A stretch of 63,183 bases of DNA, the filler included, from Globobulimina sp. (Eukaryota), in assembly GCA_003354225.1 (NCBI GenBank). It is 41 parts of 41 records of this genome, joined end to end, with 100 filler letters (N's around TTAATTAATTAA, not from the genome) between each part and the next. Parts side by side here need not be neighbours in the genome. Positions count along the whole stretch, not along the records: positions 60,200 to 61,641 come from PIVH01016604.1; positions 61,742 to 63,183 come from PIVH01016605.1; 39 more parts are not named here. One strand, 5' to 3'. The notes below the pieces were generated by a model. That model worked only from the letters and a program-made list of their open reading frames with translations, was not told where the DNA came from and did not search any database. The translations under genes and the position numbers were made by a program. Positions 61,148-63,183 of this stretch are shown here, one piece after another (within the stretch, counting starts at the first letter, position 1; each line of letters begins with the position of its first letter).

Positions 61148-61582
61148 ATGGGAAATGATCAGGTAAGTGAACCCTCGGCACGGATTGTGTCTGAGCAGGC
61201 CAGAAGCGCTGTCATACGTAAGGATAAGGAAGAATGGCTTGCTTTTTTTGCAGATGATGCTGTTGTTGAAGATCCGGTAGGGAAATCCCCACTTGACCCT
61301 GAAGGAAACGGCCATAAAGGTAAAGATGCCTTGAGCACCTTCTGGGACAACAATATTGCCCACAGTAAAATCGAATTTGATTTTAAATCCTCATATGATG
61401 TGGGTCGGGAAATCGCTTATGTGGGCCTTCTTCATATAACGGGCGAAAAGAACTCAATGCTCGGAGAAGGGACATCCTTCACTGTGGAAGGTGTTTATAT
61501 TTATAAGGTCAATGATGAAGGCAAACTGGTATCACTCAGGGCTTTCTGGGAATTTGAAACGATGATGGCTGCCCTTGCATAA
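61148..61582 (+). CDS. SnoaL-like/NTF2-fold (ketosteroid isomerase-like) protein, bacterial
   Basis: TAAGGAGG Shine-Dalgarno at ~61133-61140; KDKEEWLAFFADDAVVEDPVG..GH.GKDAL..FWD..GKLVSLRAFWE. Confidence 0.9.
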   Translation: MGNDQVSEPSARIVSEQARSAVIRKDKEEWLAFFADDAVVEDPVGKSPLDPEGNGHKGKDALSTFWDNNIAHSKIEFDFKSSYDVGREIAYVGLLHITGEKNSMLGEGTSFTVEGVYIYKVNDEGKLVSLRAFWEFETMMAALA

Positions 61583-61741
61583 TCCGGATAGCACTATTGT
61601 CTAATAAAAAATGAATCCACGAAAAAATCGCGTAACTTCTCNNNNNNNNNNNNNNNNNNNNNNNNNNNNNNNNNNNNNNNNNNNNTTAATTAATTAANNN
61701 NNNNNNNNNNNNNNNNNNNNNNNNNNNNNNNNNNNNNNNNN

Positions 61742-61851
61742 TTCTTTCCGGTGTTATCGATCTTATGCTCGGCGCAATATTGCTCCCACACGGCTTGGCC
61801 TAACTGGATGCCACATTGGCCCACGTTTAAGGTTAATACTTCACGGACCAT
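61742..61851 (-). CDS. Divergent alpha-tubulin, N-terminal fragment
   Basis: MVREVLTLNVGQCGIQLGQAVWEQYCAEHKIDNTGK; below the ORF-track length cut-off, translated by hand. Confidence 0.85.
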
Positions 61852-62149
61852 GGTTTAAGATTTGCTTTTTCTGATTGTCTAAAGGTTAACAAAAAGTAAG
61901 CAACAGCGGCGTTTGAGATTGTTTTTAGTAGTTGAAGAGGAAGGGTTTTTTTGGTTTTGTTGATGTTTTTAGTTGAAAACTTCTAAGGCTTTGTAGAAAT
62001 GCAAACAAATTTTTTCCATGCCATGAAATAAACATTGAAATTTTACTCTTTTAAATGCTTTATGTAACTTTTAAGTGATAATGCGATGCCCTTAAAGATA
62101 TATTTAATTTCCATTTAAATTCAAAAGGTTTTTCTTTATTAATTGAAGC

Positions 62150-63061
62150 ATGTCGGAACCAAACGCAACCGAGGAAGCAATAATGATTTTAGACGAACTT
62201 ATTGCCTCTTTCTGCAATAAATCCAACATGTCTGCCGTTGAATTAGTGCGATGTGGATTACATGCATTAGGATTTGATATTTTTCACGGATTTCCAATTC
62301 AATCATACAACAAAACATTAGTTAAATCAACAAAAGGATTGTTGCCTTTAATTGAATATGAGAGAGGACAAACGCAGTCGATATTGATTGGCAATACAAA
62401 GCATTTATGGCCAATATTTATTAATGAATTGACAGCCAAGCCAAAGAAATGGAAAAATGAGCCTCATCCTTTGAATCAGTACACATTATATTGTGTACAA
62501 TCTGTTTGTGATAAATATTTGAAACAAAATAATATTGAGTATACACTAAGATTTACATTTGAAACACAGAAAGATAAATTGATTGCTTTTCAAAGATTAT
62601 GCCATGTCTCAAAGTGTGCTTTTTTGGATGAAAATGCATATTTATGCATCCACTCACAATATGGCCCATGGATGGCATTGCGAGCTCTCATTGTTTTGGA
62701 TAAGGATTGGAATGATATCAAACAGCAAAAGCATAAAAACTTGGAATTGGCTGATCTTTGCACTCCCAAAGAACAAGAAAATGTAAAGAAACAATGGCAA
62801 GAAATTCAAAATGTATTTGATAAAAAGGAGAAGAATGACTGTCAACCAATGGAAAGTTGGAGATATTGGTTGAAATTAAGAGATGCGTACGATATCGGTA
62901 AACAACACAGGTATTCTGAGGAGCAAATATTGTATCATTACACCGCTGATTTGACGGTTTTGCAAAATATCTGCCAATGGGAATTAAATAAAAAAAGATT
63001 AAGCAAATTTAATATCACTTTGAGAACAATGAATGTGGATACAAATAAAGTTAAATTATAA
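62150..63061 (+). CDS. MMACHC: Cobalamin-processing enzyme MMACHC/CblC-like
   Basis: GFD..HGF...YN, LIGNT..LW..F, HPL, FQRL.HV, CIHSQYGPWMALRALIV, W..LRD....HRYSEEQI.Y. Confidence 0.88.
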   Translation: MSEPNATEEAIMILDELIASFCNKSNMSAVELVRCGLHALGFDIFHGFPIQSYNKTLVKSTKGLLPLIEYERGQTQSILIGNTKHLWPIFINELTAKPKKWKNEPHPLNQYTLYCVQSVCDKYLKQNNIEYTLRFTFETQKDKLIAFQRLCHVSKCAFLDENAYLCIHSQYGPWMALRALIVLDKDWNDIKQQKHKNLELADLCTPKEQENVKKQWQEIQNVFDKKEKNDCQPMESWRYWLKLRDAYDIGKQHRYSEEQILYHYTADLTVLQNICQWELNKKRLSKFNITLRTMNVDTNKVKL

Positions 63062-63183
63062 GGACTTATTTCAAACGCGACCAAAAAAAGTTGCCATAAT
63101 ATTTTTTCAATGAGAAGAAATTGCGTAAAAACAATAAAAATTCACACACAAAAATGCAAATAATGAAAGGCCGAAAAACAGAA

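Noticed and set aside
4745-63061. Alternative genetic code in the host
   Set aside because: Long conserved genes (NAA15, GEN1, PP2C, MMACHC) translate cleanly with the standard code, and all three stop codons end ORFs.
1-63183. A multi-gene cluster or operon-like system spanning contigs (e.g. P450 + LanC + ABC + peptidase as a RiPP cluster)
   Set aside because: The contigs are unlinked and ordered by length, so adjacency carries no information.

Overview
This window is not a continuous locus. It is 41 short contigs (about 1442-1445 bp, in descending length order) joined by an artificial 100-bp spacer (44 N + TTAATTAATTAA + 44 N), so gene order across spacers has no biological meaning. Most contigs come from an AT-rich eukaryote with short GT-AG introns and the standard code. 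A divergent alpha-tubulin (MVREVLTLNVGQCGIQLGQAVWEQYCAEH) and the protein families present suggest a foraminiferan or other retarian (inference). Recognisable gene pieces include PIP5K, serine carboxypeptidase, GUF1, GT49, a P450, two ABCG pieces, NAA15, PP2C, a dual-specificity phosphatase, GEN1, REJ, NSDHL, GH30, MMACHC and tRNA-Gly(CCC). One contig (60200-61641) is bacterial, and several contigs are chimeric: a bacterial PHP fragment, a bacterial DoeA fragment, and a PFOR/NSDHL fusion. The most interesting signals are: (1) an intronless PHD-finger + ALKBH5-like dioxygenase fusion; (2) a Penelope-type GIY-YIG endonuclease followed by about 270 more residues instead of ending the ORF; (3) a minimal type I hammerhead ribozyme; (4) a two-copy zinc-knuckle ORF1/Gag-like family; (5) a LanC-like protein with a signal peptide; (6) three MITE-like elements, a duplicated hairpin and an unexplained multi-hairpin element. 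All family calls are by-eye motif recognition; no database searches were run.
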